This document shows positions 63,667 to 64,000 of a stretch of 64,000 nucleotides of DNA, in pieces. Position numbers and translations under genes: made by a program. The stretch's first letter is position 1. Each line of letters begins with the position of its first letter. Origin of the DNA: Gammaproteobacteria bacterium (GTDB lineage: Bacteria; Pseudomonadota; Gammaproteobacteria; Arenicellales; Poriferihabitantaceae); the NCBI GenBank assembly GCA_026709505.1, contig JAPOSW010000094.1, positions 9,657-73,656 on the forward strand. Reading direction: 5' to 3'. The notes under the pieces were generated by a model. It was given only the letters and a program-made list of their open reading frames with translations. It ran no database searches and had not been told where the DNA came from.

Positions 63667-64000
63667 ATGAATCGAAAGTTGTTTCCAAAACCCGCACCTG
63701 CCGAGCCACTTTCCCTGGATGTATGGCTGGACCGCACTGACCGCGCCGAGGTTGGACGTGAACCTTTTTTTCGTGGCCGTGATGACGAATATGAGATATT
63801 TCAAAAAGCCGTGAAAAGTCTCAATGACGGTCATATTGGCGACGGCACAATGATTTTTCAGGGCGCACCCGGTGCTGGCAAGACAGCACTCATGGGCGAA
63901 TGCATGGAAGCAGTTCGCCTGCATTCATCACTGGACAAGCCCTGGGTTGCCGTTTTGATACCCCCCGGATCCCTACGCTATCCTGAAAGCGTTGTTGCAG
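63667..64000 (+). CDS. P-loop ATPase (AAA_16/STAND-like), partial
   Basis: Open from ATG 63667 to the window end: FFRGRDDE, Walker A QGAPGAGKT. Confidence 0.8.
   Translation, partial: MNRKLFPKPAPAEPLSLDVWLDRTDRAEVGREPFFRGRDDEYEIFQKAVKSLNDGHIGDGTMIFQGAPGAGKTALMGECMEAVRLHSSLDKPWVAVLIPPGSLRYPESVVA

Noticed and set aside
1-64000. CRISPR array, rRNA, tRNA, prophage or integrase
   Set aside because: No regularly spaced repeats, RNA gene signatures or phage/integrase ORFs seen by eye; a covariance-model scan would be needed to exclude small RNAs.

Overview
Chromosomal window from a gammaproteobacterium, judged from the yqgE-ruvX-pyrR-pyrB-pyrC', argS-SPOR-hemCDXY and rnfB-nth gene orders. The backbone is intact housekeeping and metabolism: gap/tkt, thyA-folA, cmoAB, a full propionyl/methylmalonyl-CoA cluster (mutase, pccB, pccA, meaB, mce), malic enzyme, an ActP-type symporter and formate-dehydrogenase accessory genes. 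Several small accessory patches are decaying. (1) 3.1-6.7 kb holds a secreted FN3-like orphan, a 151-bp MITE with GGGGCT ends and an 8-bp target-site duplication, a second inverted-repeat element, an eroded IS1595-type transposase and a FitAB/VapBC pair. (2) 31.1-38.4 kb is a defence island bracketed by inverted paralogous PD-(D/E)XK nuclease tails. It contains an MmeI-like R-M gene broken by one TAA, an IS1595 relic, dead hicAB, intact phd-vapC and a dead AAA-ATPase/nuclease. (3) 51.5-53.5 kb holds a dead HgiDII-like R-M pair and an antitoxin with a dead RelE/ParE toxin. The most unusual intact locus is a minimal Pil-Chp remnant: a PilG-like receiver lacking its acidic pair plus a 738-aa ChpA/FimL-like protein with no recognisable Hpt histidines or kinase domain. 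No rRNA, tRNA or CRISPR array was seen. All family calls come from motif recognition by eye; no database searches were run.
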